A program made the translations under genes and the position numbers. Positions 25,101 through 40,100 of a stretch of 64,000 nucleotides of DNA are shown piece by piece (position 1 is the first letter of the stretch; every line of letters begins with the position of its first letter). The notes under the pieces were generated by a model. The model searched no databases and was not told the origin of the DNA. It saw only the letters and a list, made by a program, of their open reading frames with translations. The DNA is from Phoronis australis (Eukaryota > Animalia > Phoronida): NCBI GenBank assembly GCA_002633005.1, contig NMRA01000332.1:135121-199120 (forward strand). Direction: 5' to 3'.

Positions 25101-28100
25101 GTATTTTAGGTCATTTTTCGAGCATCCAAAATAGTAAGATTAAAATTTCTGAAGTTTTTCTCATGCAAGCATTTATATACATAGGCGACTACATGTATGT
25201 TTTCATGAATATATGCATCATTATGTTTTAAATCACTGTTATTGACGCAGTTTGTTGTTCTCTTTCTTCATTCATTATTATTAAATTTCATTCAAACACA
25301 TAAGCTTAATTAGATTGAATACACGATTAACTGTTTTAAACTACAATTCTGAAAACGGCAAATACTGTATGAAATGAACACGGGCGTTGTGCACATTTAT
25401 GGCAAATCAGATGTAGATCTCGTTCTGGTGGAATTGTGTGAGCAAAATAAAACCGAAATTGCCCGTTTATTGAAACCTTGTTAAAATTTCTTAAAACGCG
25501 AATAGCATTTCTGTTTGTTTTCAAGCTTGACTTGCCCACGTTTCATTGCTTTCAGTACCCATCGCCACTATCTTGAGCTTGCATCAGTTTGAACCCTGCT
25601 CATAGGAAATGTGCATGCACCCGCAGGTACAAGTGTACGAACTCTAGTGAGGAATTGCGTTGTTCATATAAATGAATGGAAATATTCAGAATATATATAT
25701 ATATATATATATATATATGTNATAATATCCCTACTAGAGTTACATTATTACTGAATGGTAGTCCTAACCTTGACTTTGTTCTTAACGAATTCCTCCTAAG
25801 CAACGTTAGCAAATTTTTATATACCGTTTATCAATATTGTTGCATCTGATTTCCCTACATGAATCTGTAAATATTTTTGTTTTTATATATCTGTAATAGC
25901 ATGTCTAAGTATTGGAATACTTATTTTAGATACTACTTAATTGTATATATCTCTATGTATATAAGTTTCATTGATGAATTGTTTACAACCCAGATATAAT
26001 GCTTCGCGGTTTCTGGGTTTGTTATTATTTCTTTGTATGTTCTGTGTATCCTTCAATAAATATATATCACAGTGAAAAGTGTGAGATGCACTCAAAATTT
26101 CGAGATTTGCTGATTTCGAAACTGCAGTCAAGTCATGTTACCACAATTTCGAGGCCTGTTTTTATCAAAAGCCATGAGTGCGCCGTGGCCAAAACGATCG
26201 ATGCGTTCTTTTTAAGAGCAAAACGTTGCAGCTGACCTTTTGTGACATTTTTCGAATTGAGACTTATAACACCCGTCATCACGAGTCAAGTTAAAGAGGC
26301 CTAGAACGCGATAAAGTCAATTGAAATACTGAAAATGGTTCTTTGTCACTGAAACAGAATTCACCCTGCTCACCGGGTATTTTTAGGGTTTGTTCGTATA
26401 GATTTTGAATTTCTGTTGACATCAAAGCATTTTCTTTTAGTTTCAAATTCCAAAAAACGATTTGTCAACTGCTCGCCACATCATCAATTTTTCTCCCACA
26501 AGGCAAAGTACGTCTTCTTGTTTGATACATGTATGGCCTGACATGTGACCTTTGTCCTCAAGCGATTTCAAGCAACTGACTCAGAGCATGCCCACATTTA
26601 TCATAAGTGGGGGAGATTAGAAACTCTGTGGTAACCACAGAGTTTTTTCTTCACTCGCTTTTTTAACCTCGGGAATTTTGTGATTTCTTCTGAAAATTTC
26701 GTCACAGGGAATAATGAATTACTCAATTAGTACGTGAACTAGCAGTTGCGAGATGGTAACTTCGTCAGGAATTGTTTAAAAATGGTCCATCACATCTGCG
26801 GTTTGCGAGGTAGAGGACCGTCTAAGGAAGAAGTAGTTGTCAACCAGGAAGAGATCAGCGAAAAGACAACAACGGAGACTGAATAATGACATTAGGCAAA
26901 TCCTAGGCTAACAGGATTTGCACGCAAGTGGACGAGAAAGCGTGCATTGTTTACCTCTAGAGTGGCCAACGAATTCATCGGCACTTCAATAGCTTGCTGG
27001 CTTGATGGCGCCGTTACGGATTGAAGAGACCTAGTCGCTTTTCACGGGCTTGGCTGAACGTGTTGGATGAGATGATCGCGGTCATAAACCAACACGCCTG
27101 TTTAGCGATAGAGTTTCAAAGTCAAAAACGAACAATGAGTAAATCAAACGACCAACATGACTGTATTTACCTTGGCCGACCTACAGTGGTTGTGAAAGGC
27201 TACTGACGTGATTTTTTTCTCCGCCTCTAATAACGTTATTGGTAGACTTACCATTATCTCTGTCAATTTACTTAATAACTCTATCAGTGGAGTTGAATAG
27301 TCTATCGGTGTAGATAGTAAAGTTTGTAAGTGTATCGATAGAAATAATAAGTGTATAGATAGAGATAGTAAACAAGTAACTCTGTCAATGAAGATGAGAA
27401 CCTCTGTGCTCACTTTTGCAGCCACCATTCGTACATGTACTTGCTGGTAAGCACGCTATTGGTACGTACATTTTCTTTGGGAATTCAAAGTAAGTCAGAA
27501 ACGTGGAATGACAGATCATACTTTCTGAAAGCAGTTAGCGTATAGAATTTGTTCATTTGCCTTTTCACCAATCTTACACCGATTGAGTTACATGTACGTG
27601 ACTGTATTTCTAGTAAAATTTAGCCAGTAAATCAAAAAGGTACATTCATAGCAAACCAACGGGATCAATTACGTAGCCAAATTTCGTTTGATGAAATCTC
27701 AACAACTGTAAGTTTATGAAACTGCCATTTCGTTTTCGTTTTATGTAACGTTTGGATGTTTTCATAAAAATCATAAAGGTCCTGTTTTGATAGCCCCTTC
27801 TGCAACACTGGATTATTTTCAAAACAATTTTTACAAGTCTGTTGTAGGACAGGACATAAAGCCAGTGCCGGTATCTGAAAGTTCAGTTATTTCTGGGGTT
27901 GATGTGCCGAAGTTGTCCACATTTTGGTATCTTTTATTCCGCTTCACAGTAATTCAAAAACTTAGAAATAACAAATTATAAAGCAAACAATTTAGTCAAA
28001 TGTTGTACTGAAATGATGGATTTCGAACGTATGACCTTTTTTCTGAATAAAGACTCTCGTTTACTTTAACATTTTGATCTTTGTTTTCCCAAGATGGGTA

Positions 28101-31100
28101 TGACGTTAGTGACATCCAACTATACTTTTTGTAAATTGGAAAGCCGATAATTATCAACTCAAGTAAATTCAGTGCATTTTTAGGAATGTTGCTATCTTAG
28201 TCGAATCTTTCGACTGGCGGAATTTTTCGATGTTCTGAAATCATGAAATCAAACGGAATAGTATAGTAATTATATTTACTTACAATAACGCATTTTTTCA
28301 AACGAAAAAAGTTCAACAAAAACTTTTAAAATCTGAAGCTCGTGCCACACCGTCCGTGGACTATACCTACAGTGTATTAGCACATTAACCTTGTAATGAG
28401 ATTTCCCAATTACGCTTTTTTGAGAAGTGGCAAGTGTTAGAACCAAGATATCATTCCATGAACGTAGCGTTTACAGACTTTGCTACAAGACATAGGCTAG
28501 GCGAGAAGCTTTCCCCCCGAGAGCGGTATCTTAGGACATCAAATGTATTCTGTCGACCGCAAGGTACGCTCCAGCTGAACAGCAAGTCAAGCCTACTCAT
28601 AAAGGCATCCCGGATTAATTGAGCTTGTAATTTTTCCGTAGAAAGTATTGAGCCTGCAATTATTTTCGCAAATTATTATTGCATTGGAAACACAAAAGGT
28701 ATGGAAGTGCGCTGTCTGCAGGTGATCGGATTAGCGGCTTGTAATTTGTAAACGCAACTTATATGTCACTAAAATGTCGTCCACTACCCTGACACAGCGA
28801 TTTCATACTTTCCGGTCTGTTATATACACTTTCCAATTTCGAAGCAAATGATAACATATTGTTTTGACTAGTAACAGATACATGTACGACTGGTTAAGGT
28901 GAGGAATCTGCATTGTCATGGAAATTATTTTTAACACTTGAGACCATTAATCCGTTGGGGAATCTTATGTGGTGTTCACAATACAGCCAATCGTGCAACA
29001 TTTCATTAGTAAGAATACGTAAGTAATTGCGGATAAATACAGCACAATCAACACTCATGGATAATTACTGTCAAGTTGATGAGGCTTTTGTCCAAAACAA
29101 TGTATCATATTTCCCTATTTGACCACGACAAGAGATCTTTCATTACGTTGCCGAGCACTGTTTGATTGCAACGACACCAGCGCCAACACAGACAAATTCA
29201 GTGCTGTAGTGGTGAAATTAGAGATACGTAGGCACCCAAAGCCCACCGTATCATTTTGAGCACTGAACGTATGATGCATAGGCGCTACGTTCAAATGCCA
29301 AAGGGTGGTTGGCTGCGCTTACGTGAGCCTACGTCCCGCTACAGGACTGGACAAATTAGCAAAAAGGATATCCGCAAGTAAGCCATGAAGGCGTATTCAA
29401 ATTTCAAAGAAGCTTTTGCATATATGATAATAGACTAAGCTCACCTTCACGACCGGCCTTCGTGACGGCGAAGTGCTTCATACGCCGGAAGCTTTTCGGT
29501 GAATTAGACCTCACACTGGTTGAAACACCAAAGTCGCGTTGCTATAAGTACCTGCTTTATATAGATGGTCACCTTGGGAGGCCAGCAATGTCTTTGAAGC
29601 CTTACAATTGGAACATATACTCCCGTAATTAAGCTGTTTTTGAGCAGCCCTTCGTTCAGTTGCCCAAATCGGCAACTGGCCATTTTAACATACATGTAAG
29701 ATTGCACGCACCTCCAGTGTTAATGATGGCCAGTTGCCGATTTGAGCAACTGGACGATGGACTGCTAAAAAGTTTGATTACGGGTGTATTTGTTCAAGTT
29801 GAAAGGAATTAGACATCGGCGGCCTGCTAAGGTTCCACTCTATAAGCAACAGGTACTATATACACCTGTATCAACATGACGTTTCAAAGATTAAAGGGCA
29901 ATGACACCTCAAAAAAACAAGGTGTTTTGTATCAATTTAGATCGAGTCGTTCCACCCGATAACATCAAGTTCAGTTCTTTTACCTGACACCAGATGGCAC
30001 ACGGAGGTGCTGATATTAGCTGATATTTACTTTAATATACAAATACGTGGCTTTAAAAACGCAATAGTAACGAGCGTCGACAATAGACCTCAATATTGAG
30101 AAGTCCGGTATAACTTGGAATGAGATATTTTTTCAAAAGTTTACGGAAATTAAACCAGTTCATTATTTCCATATCCACCACAAACACAAGTTGTTGAAGT
30201 ATACAAGCAAATCTTTGCAATTTGGTCCAACTCATTAGCGGTTACAGGACATGAAAACGTGTTCCACGTGATGAGGTTACACAAAACAAAATTTAACGTG
30301 ATGAGACTCCCGGCCCCGATACACTGGCTCGAATTGCGATGCTTGATTTGCAAAACCTTTACCACAAAATCCTTGACTTAATTATTTAAGGTACGGGACT
30401 GGGGACGCTGTCATTTACCTCGCTTGTCTGTGCTGCAGACCAAGGCACATGTAACTGGTGTGTTCTCCCATGCATGTACAAAATTCAGATTACAACCTTG
30501 GAAACTAGGTTAAAGGAGAATGCCATCTCAAAAACAAACTATTTTGTATCAATTTAGATCGAGTAGTTCTACTCGATAACGGCACGTTCGGTTACGTTAC
30601 CTGACACCTACGGAAGGCGGAGGTGTTGAAATTTTCCAATGACGTAATCGGTTTCACACGCAGTCTGTTCAGCAGTTCACAACACGGGTTAGTGGTGTCA
30701 GCTTATCGCTTGAATTCATCGTTTAACACCAATAAACCATCAAAATTCGATGTAAAACCCTTAAAACACACCGAATTCTTAAAAAAACGTGTTTTTTATT
30801 TCGTTTTTACGGATTTACTGGTATTTGGACAAACTACCATAGCCTACAAAGTTCGGCACTGGCCAATTTACCAAGGTTCCGCGTAGCTGGAGTTTGGGTT
30901 CTGTAAATTCAAAGTATTCTTCGATCGTAAAATACAGACAGGAGAACATAGGTCTGTGTTCATGCTTGTGATGTTTTGAGTTCTAAACACACAAAACGCT
31001 TGTTATCCAGGCCAGTGGGTCGGATCCCGATCACTGGGCAGTCGCGGCCGCCGGGACTGGCACGAACATAAACCAGCTTGATTTGGAAACTAAACCTCAA

Positions 31101-34100
31101 GTCACGAAAAGACTATAATAGTGAACCAAAGAAATAATGTGCACGTAATTATTTATGCGAATTAGCCACGAAACTGAAAAATCTACTTACTAGTTGTAAG
31201 GGCCGCGAAGTCGGATTCAATGCTGTAGTGGAGCGTAGGCGCACGTAGGCGCACGTAGGCGCAGCCAACCACCATTTGGCATTTGAACGTAGCGCCTACG
31301 TACCGCAAGTTACGTTCAGTACTCAAGCGGTGGGCTTTGGGCGCCTACTTACCTCTAATTTTACCACTACAGCACTGGTCGGGTTCCCTTTCCACAGACC
31401 GTCAGGGCGAAGGTTGTACAGTAACAATGATTTGAATAATGCATTTGTATTTCTAAATAAAGTTTCCCCTAACATGTGACCATAGCACATAAAATCGAAT
31501 AATTCTTTCACAACAGCTTTCTGTCAGCAAACACTGAATTAGCATGCGCACACACGGCCTCGGTGCCCGGTCAAATTACCACTCCAAGGTATTACAAATT
31601 GTAACTACAAAGACAAGCTTTGTTTCAGTTTCATATAAGCATTGGTTAGGATGAGAATAATTCATTTTGAAACAGAACGCAGTACATGGCAACTCGCCCG
31701 GCGCCAATCCCGACTTAGTAAAGAGCTCATCCGACGAAGACTTCACCGGTCAGATCGTTAGGTTTCACAGGCTATCATTTCGAAACAGAATCAATAAACT
31801 GATCAAAAAATACTAGAGAGGCGCCGTGAACATGCACAGGCAACAGAACGTATGGATATTTCTTTAGTAAGCCAGAATTCGTCACAGAAATCACTGTCGA
31901 CGAAATGCCGGCCACAGAAACGGAGATACTTCACGGCCTCATACTTGCTATTAACAGCGTTCCTTTCATTCTTCACTACCACAAGCCACTTCCTAAGTAT
32001 TTCAGGCTCTCGCGGAAGTCGAAAAAACGATATACCCGCTTTCTTCGCAGCTTCATAGTTCGTACAAGCGGGAATGATGCACCGCAATATAGCGGCATTC
32101 ACTCTGCATGCGAACCACTGACGTCGCTGCGTCGTTTCTCACCTTCCTCAGAGGTTAACGCCACACCTCTCGGCAAGGTGAGGTCCACCGTATAAGAGAC
32201 GATGTGGATATAGACCGATTAAGACGGTAAAAAAGACAAATTAAATCGGGTAGCATTCTCGTTTAATGGGCACGCGAGACGCCAACAAGCGATGGGAACC
32301 GGTACCACTTCGGCAGACACTTGAAATTTTTGTTATTGTGCATTTTCAATAACTGGTTTCTAGAAACATAAAAGAGGGAGCTCATTTCATATACGTCATC
32401 AAATAAACCTACATGGGTGTTGACCTGTTTTCCTGATCAGCATTATAAGTTGCGCTAATGGAATTAGAAACCTAGCTTGCAGCGACATCATTAGAACTTC
32501 AGGGTATGACGTTTTTCCAGAAATAAATAGCTATATGTACGCTGGTACTTTTTGGCATTTCCACCTAGGTGAAGGGTACTCGGTGGAAGTACCAAAATGT
32601 ATTTTTCACTTGGTAGAAAACTCTATTCTGTCCATGGTGTTATCATCATTTACGATGGCCGCTAACTCGTGTTAAAGAACCAAAATATACCTGAACCTAA
32701 AAACCGGTGTTATAGATTGCGATTTATGGTTCTAATTCATGCGCACACCCAGCCTAAAATATATGAGGGGCTCGAATTTTTTGTTATGCGGACGTTTTTA
32801 CTACTTGGACTTCTGTTTCGCTCAGGCGGACCGTTTTGCCCAATTCGTCCCCCCCCCTCGTGATGCGCCCATGCAATTCATGCATTGCATGATTGATTGA
32901 TACAACGTAAAGATCTCAGTGTACATATGTTCGAGTTTCAGTTTACGACCCCGGAATTTCGGACCTTCATTCAATTCAGAACGAAATTATACAAATGTAG
33001 AAAGTACAACCAAAAGAGCTTGCGCACAGGAGGACTCATATTCAACCGTTTTTCTTCAAGTTGTCAGTTAAACCAAACTGTGTTGTCGAGGAACTCCGAC
33101 ACGCTGCTCATATAGTTGTATTTTTTATGTTAATAGCATACTCAGTCTTGGCGATCTCAACAGGAATTTACTGAACCACTTTGCATAACGTGTAGCGTCA
33201 CAACATATATTTGCAGTCAGTTGCCATTGTGATAAGAAACACTAGGAATTCCCAATGGTAAGGAAATCTAATAGTGCCATTTTGAAGTATGAAGTAATTA
33301 TCTGGCAGCCGCCAGATAATAAAATATGTTTCTTCATTTGAAATGGCACTATTGGGCTTCCTTAAAAACCCCGCTGGAAAAGACCGTCTACCACTCTCAT
33401 CCTTGGGAATTTACCAGTATAGCAGCATACGTGTCTTCACCTGCAAATGTACTGGACATTATCTCATGCCCTAATTATTTTGCACGTGGTACCGAACGGT
33501 TCACTGCGGGTTTCAGCGTTCTCAGAGTCCTCATACCCTCTGAATGAATCAAGCTCTTACACGTGCACACAATACAACATATCTCCAATACTTATTGAGA
33601 AAATGAAGAGAACATATCTTCCATCGGCACATCCGTCATCGTCAAAGGAGAGTAATCAAAATCATTAGGTACAAAAACGCTAAGAAAGGTGTGAAAACCA
33701 TAAAATTGAGCACCTTTCTTTTCCTTTGCTCGAGGAACCCCTGAAGAATCGATTTTTCTTTCTTTTTTAAGAGATTTATAGTTCACAGCATAATCTATAA
33801 GGCATGTACATGTCACACACACGCCAAACTCATACCAGTGATCAACCAATGGTTATTAGAAAATAAAGGAGCGGTAGGGGTCCATCAATCATCAGTTTCT
33901 TATGTATAAGCTTTTCTAATATAAAATATTCATGAATTTCGTAAGCAAATGTGAACAAGGGGTTAATTGTTATTAAAAGGATATTGTGGATGTATACGTT
34001 TGCCAGTCCAATAAAGATATCGACAATTTTTTTAATCTTTTCCAAAAATATGTTCATAGAAATTAAGTTTAACCCTATTCCTATCTAAAATCCAATTTTG

Positions 34101-37100
34101 AGAATAATGACAAAAAGACTGTATAAAATGCATGACTAAAAGAAATGGATTAAAACTCCTGGCTCCTTTTTACAAAAATTACACCAGTTTGAAGGCAACA
34201 GATGCCCATTTTACAAAGGAAGTCATTAGTACTAATTATTCTGTGGATAAATCTAATATGGAACCATTTCAGTTTAACATCATGTATAAAATCAATAAAG
34301 CCTCTGCATGTACAATTAAAATTCAAATTGAACTCTCACTGGTGTTCTAGGTTAGGTTTTCTATGGGGCTTTTTAACAGACTATAGATCTCTTCATTTAC
34401 ACATTTCTTTTCAACTAAATGGGTTAATTGGTTTTGATAGTGGGTAACGTGTACAACAACGTGGTAGATTAGTGAGCAATTGAGAAATTTTTGGATTGCT
34501 TTTCGTAAACCAAGAAAGGAATTTTTATAATTGGTGGAGAGAAACAGAACGTTATACAGAATGTTTGATATGACATCAGTTCACCCTCAGTATCAACAAG
34601 GTCAAATATACATGAATAACTAATACCTTTTCTATACCAGTATTTAAAGAAAAAAATTTGCTGCTGATAACAATGTTCGAATTATACTAAAGTGGTTCGT
34701 ATATACCATTTTTATTCTCAGTGGGATGTTAAACAAAACTATTCATGAGCATCAGTAAATACTTCTCTCCATAACTTGTATGTAACGTTTTTTCACAATG
34801 TTCATAGAATTTTTCACCAAAATGTAATACGGTGCAGGCAGTAAAAGGTTTGTTTAGTTTCAAAACTTGAACCCATAGCTCATCTGTGTTTGTAATTAAT
34901 TTGTGTTGCCATCACAGCTTCAAAGATTTCATAAAGGAATAAACATGAATCGTGATGCAATCTCCTTGGGAAAATTCTTGTATCGTTGTGTCCCTTTTAA
35001 TTGTGTCGGTTTTGCCTTTCCAAATGACATTAAAGAATAATTTTGTAAAAGAATTATTATTTCTATTGGGGAGAAAGTAGCAAAGTAGACAGGTGAAGAA
35101 GTTTTGGAAGAATGAATGACTTAATTATGGTTATCCTTCCAAAAGTGGTTACGGATCTTCTCGACCAAGCCAGCAAACCATACGTCGTATGTTATTTAAT
35201 TTTCTGTATAATTTGGGTCAATAATTTCGTCTAGATTCACGCTAAATTTTATACCCAACAGTGTAAAATGAGATTTAGGCCATAAAAAATCAATTCCCTG
35301 ACATAGCTTATCGAACCCAAATACAATGTGTTTATCCATATTGGGTTTTAAGCCCGAAATTGTATGGAATTGGTCAAGAAGATCCAATGAATATTTAAAT
35401 GAACAATAAAAGACATCTAGTGTAAGAAAAGTGTCAATTGCGTTTTGTAGGATTTTTGAGTTCTTATCCTCTACGTTGATTCTTTTTATAATTTCATTTT
35501 GTTCTAACAAAATTGCCATAATTTCTGCACAAAACAGCAAAAGGTATGGTGAAAGCGGGTCGCCTAGGCGCCAGCGTCTACCTATTTGAAAGTACTCAGA
35601 ACTAAAACCGTGTTGTAAAACAAATCAGTGGCATCATTATTTAAGAATCGAATCCATTCAATGCACTGAACTCCAAAGTTGACAAAATTCAGACAGCTGT
35701 ACAAGAATTGTCACGAAATTGAATCAAAGGCTTTCTGGAAGTCTACCAGGACTAAATGTCCTGGATTATTTTTTTTCTTCAACATGGTGCATCAAGTCAT
35801 GAACAGCTTTGGTGTTTTCATTGATAAAAAGCCTTTTTGGTTTGGGTGTATTAAACTATTTATAACTGTTTTAATGTGATTGACTTGTGCAAATCGAAAG
35901 AATCTTATGAGAACTGTTTAGCAAAGAAATTAGTCTCCAGTTCTCTTGGTTTGTTAGATTTTGATATTGAAGAGAATACGCCTTGTGACTGATATATTGG
36001 CAAGTGACCAGTTTTGAAACTGTTATTAAACGAACTCAATAAAAAATGATAATTGTTTCCAAAAAAACTTTAAAAATTCGGCTGGAATTTCGTCAGGACC
36101 GGGATTTTATTTTTCTTCTTTTATGTTTTTGAAAAATGAGAGGGCTTTGTCTAGTTATCAGGCCATTAAGGTTACAGCTCACAGTCAATAAGCATAGTGT
36201 AATATTCTGAATTTAAAAGAGTAGTTCGCTCGCTATTATCCTGATAATCGTCTTTTGAAGCATACATGTATAGAGATTTGCGAATTTCTCTCAATTCTGA
36301 AAGGGTCTTTGACTGCTCAGTTATCTAGAATTAAGAACCTAATTGTAGGAAGCACATTTTAGACAATCACGTACGTTTTGTCATTTGAATAACGAGGAAC
36401 CTCCGTAGAATCTACATGCATACAACAGATTCCCTGTTATGCATATGAATGTTCCATTACCTCAATTAGAAGGCTAGGAACCTCTGTAGAATCTGTGAGT
36501 ATATGGTAGACCTCGGCTAACGGCCGCGAATTTTCAGGTAGCTCAAGACCATTCTCCCAAGTGAACTACTTCACAGTGAATTACGTAACGAAATTGGAAT
36601 GTGTTCAATGTTTCAGCGTGGAATAAGCATTTGCTAAGGTCGTCATATAAGAAATATTGTGTTAAATTGAAACTCATCCTCTGTACATCCCAACGACGTT
36701 GATTTTTTCGTAGAGCAGACAAATTTCTCATCAACAAATCCTTAAGTACAATCTTTTTGACGTTTGGAGGTATCAAGAAATAGGGAAGCAATTTGCATGG
36801 CATAATACGTATTTTAAGTCCCAAAGTAGAATTGATTAGTGGCTTTGTTCCAATATTTGAAGGACCACATTAAAAATAGTATTTTTAACGATTTAAAATC
36901 ACAATGAGGCCTACACTCAATGAAATTTGTGCGAGGGGGGCCGCTGGGTTTTGAAAATTTAATAACGCTCTGCTTTTAGAAAATGACGTCTATGTTAAGA
37001 ACTTAAAGGAAGTTATTACAAAACTGGTCGATGAATGTGCAGACTAAACCAATAAACATACAAAATGGGAAATGGTAAAAATGAATATCAGGGAGCACAC

Positions 37101-40100
37101 CTTATCTTTTCAAAACAAAAAAGGCAACTGATTATTAATTTAGTAAATAATTTGACAATAAGAGTAGCATTTTGAATACATGACCTTTGCACCAAATGAC
37201 CTCTTCCGGTGCATTATGGAATATGAATAAATAATTAATCAAATTTATATACTGTCAAAAATCATATGCTGAATTTAAAGACTGTACCTCCACCCAATCT
37301 GGAGTTATTAAGCCTCAAAGTTGGTCGGAAGAAGAATAAGAATAAGAAGAACTAGAAAGATTATTGTCACGGCGTGACAATAATGGATTCTGCGCGTGCG
37401 TATTACTGCAATTGTTATGTGGAGTTACTGACAGCAACCCCTTTACCAATATGAAAATTAATTCTTTAAAATTGTAGGAGAAATCACATGTTAATATTTT
37501 GATGACCTTTCCATTAATTGACCTCTTCCGGTACATTATGAGCCCCGATGAGAGAATAATTGTAAATTCGATTAAAAGTGTGGTTAATGCTAAAAATCAC
37601 AAATGTTTTTCTTTAAGCACTTTAGAATACAACATGAATGAATTGGTCAAACTTTCAGAAGAAAAATGCACTTAATGACCCCATGGGTGCACCAAATAAC
37701 CTGATAATTTAGAATTCAAACTCAATCACATTTACTAAACAGATACTTAATTTTGAAGTCTCTAGCCCAAAATTTTAGTTTGCACTCAATGACCTTCGGC
37801 CTATTTTTCTGATTGGTTAGGCCTATTGCATTGTAAAGTAGGACGTTCGATTGGCACGGTGACTTAAACCAGTGTGTTGAACTTGAAAAGAATTCCTTAA
37901 AAATGTAGGGATATAACATTTTGAACGTTAGATGACCTTTGCACTAATTGACCCTATACGGTGTATTATAAGCGTCTTTAGGAGAAACATTGCAAAGCCC
38001 GTGAAAAGTGTGTTTAATGCTGGGAATGACAGTTGTCTGACGGTTGACACATCAGAATACTTGGTGAATGAAAAGGTCAAATTTTCAGAAGAAAAATGCA
38101 CTTAATGACCACATTTTTGCACTAAATGACCTGAAACTTTGGATTCCGAATTGACTTACCTGTGCCAATCAGACCTGTAAATTTGAAGTGTCTAGCTCAA
38201 AATCTTAGTTTGTACCTAATGACCTTTGACCTGTTTAATCTGATAACATGACCCGATTACTTAGAAAAGTATCTTTTTAAATTGCCTTACTGACTTATAC
38301 CTGTGTACCGAATTTGAAAAGAATAGCTTTTAAAATAAAGAAGGAGTAGCATTTTGAAAATTATATGACCTCTGCACCAAATGACCTTTTCCGGTGAAAT
38401 ATGGAATATCATTATATAACAAATCAAAATTTATGTACTGCCAAAAATGATAAGTTGAATTCAAAGAACATACCTGCACCCATTTTCGAGTTATTAAGCC
38501 TCAAAATTGGTCGGAAGAAGCATAAGAAGAAAAAGAATAAGAACTAGAACGCAAATGCGCATGCGCACTTCCAACTCTGCCCGTGGTGTATGCATGTGCA
38601 TAGTGAAGTATAGGAGCATTACACTGCATAAACGTCGCAGCCTTTGTGAAAAAGAGAGAGATGTCCCTGGTAACTATGAAAGAACAAGAGTGAAGAGTAA
38701 GAATATCAATGGAAACTGCATCTAATTACCCCACAGGTGCACCTAATGACCCAAAGTTTTGACTGAATTTCCTTTACGTATGAAGACTATATACATAATT
38801 ATGTAAGATCTAGCTAAAAATTCACTTTTGCTCTTAATGACCTTTGACCCGGAAATTTGGTTCCCTTGATCCCATTTAAATCCCAAGTAAATTTCGGATG
38901 CTGATTACTGGTGCCTGCTTGTTTTCAAAATTCGGAAATTCTATCTAAAAACATGTAGAAGAATAATAATAAGAACTAGAAAGCAATTGCGTATGCACAC
39001 TTAGAACTCTGCGCGTGGTGTATGCATGTGCATAGTGAAGTATAAGGGCAATTCATTGCATAGAAGTTGCATCTTTTGTGTGAAAGAGGGACATGTCCCT
39101 GGTAACTATGAAAGAGCAACAGTAAAGAGTAAGAATACCAACGGCAAACTACTCCTAATGACCAGACAGTTGCACCTAATGACCCCAAACTTTGTGACTG
39201 AATTTCCTTTACGAATGAAAACTCTATACGCGATTATGGAAGCTCTAGCTCAAAAATCACTTTTGCACTTGATGACCTTTGACCCGGAAACTCGGTTCCC
39301 TTTATCCGATTTAAATTCGACGTAAATTTCGGGTGCACTTCTCTGCTATCTGCTTGTTATCAAAATTTGGAGAGTCTATCTAAAAAATGTATAAGAAAAA
39401 GCAATTTGACGGAATGCACTCTTTAATCAGTTTCGGGTCATTCCGGTGCATGTTGAGTCAAATCCAAGTGACCAATAGAATTAGATTGCCCATTGCTTGA
39501 ACCACCATGAATATGAATCCTCTCAACAATGAATAATGTAAGAATGAGCAGATTGAAAAAGTCTGAAATTTAAGAGAAAGGTGCACTAAATGGCCCCAAA
39601 ATGGCACCTAACGACCCAAAAGTTTGTGATTGAACTTCTCTTGTGACTGGACGCCACATGCATGGATATGAAAAGTCTAGCTCAAAAATTACTTTTGCAC
39701 TTAATGACCTTTGACCCGGAAACTCAGTTCCCTTGGTCCGATTGGAAATCCGGTTAAATTTCTGATGCACTTCTTTAGTCCCTACTTGTTAACAAAGTTC
39801 AAAGGTCTATACAAAAATCTGTAGAAGAAGAAGCATTTTGACGGAATGCATTCCTTGGCCTGTTTCAGGTCATTCCAGTACGTTTTGGGTCAAAAAATTC
39901 AATCAAAATAAATCCCTTAACTATCATATCAATCACAGTGAATATGATTGTTGTAACTGAATCGATGTAAGAGTAATAACAACCTGAAAAGGAATGAATA
40001 ATAATAATAATAAGAAGAAGAAGATAAAATACGTAGAACAGTAAAACTCTGCGCTTGCACGCGCAGAGTAATAATAAGAATAAGAAGATAAAATACGTAG

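Larger units (their letters stand above)
30514..32262 (-). mobile_element. Kolobok-like non-autonomous DNA transposon carrying a THAP-domain remnant (copy 1)
   Basis: ttaa|AGGAGAATGCCA ... TAGCATTCTCGT|ttaa; colinear with 47161-48822; THAP ORF near the right end on the minus strand. Confidence 0.85.

Noticed and set aside
27388-27451. ATG...CTG|GTAAGC candidate exon or 25-nt micro-exon
   Set aside because: Its phase is incompatible with the phase-1 junction into exon 42219.
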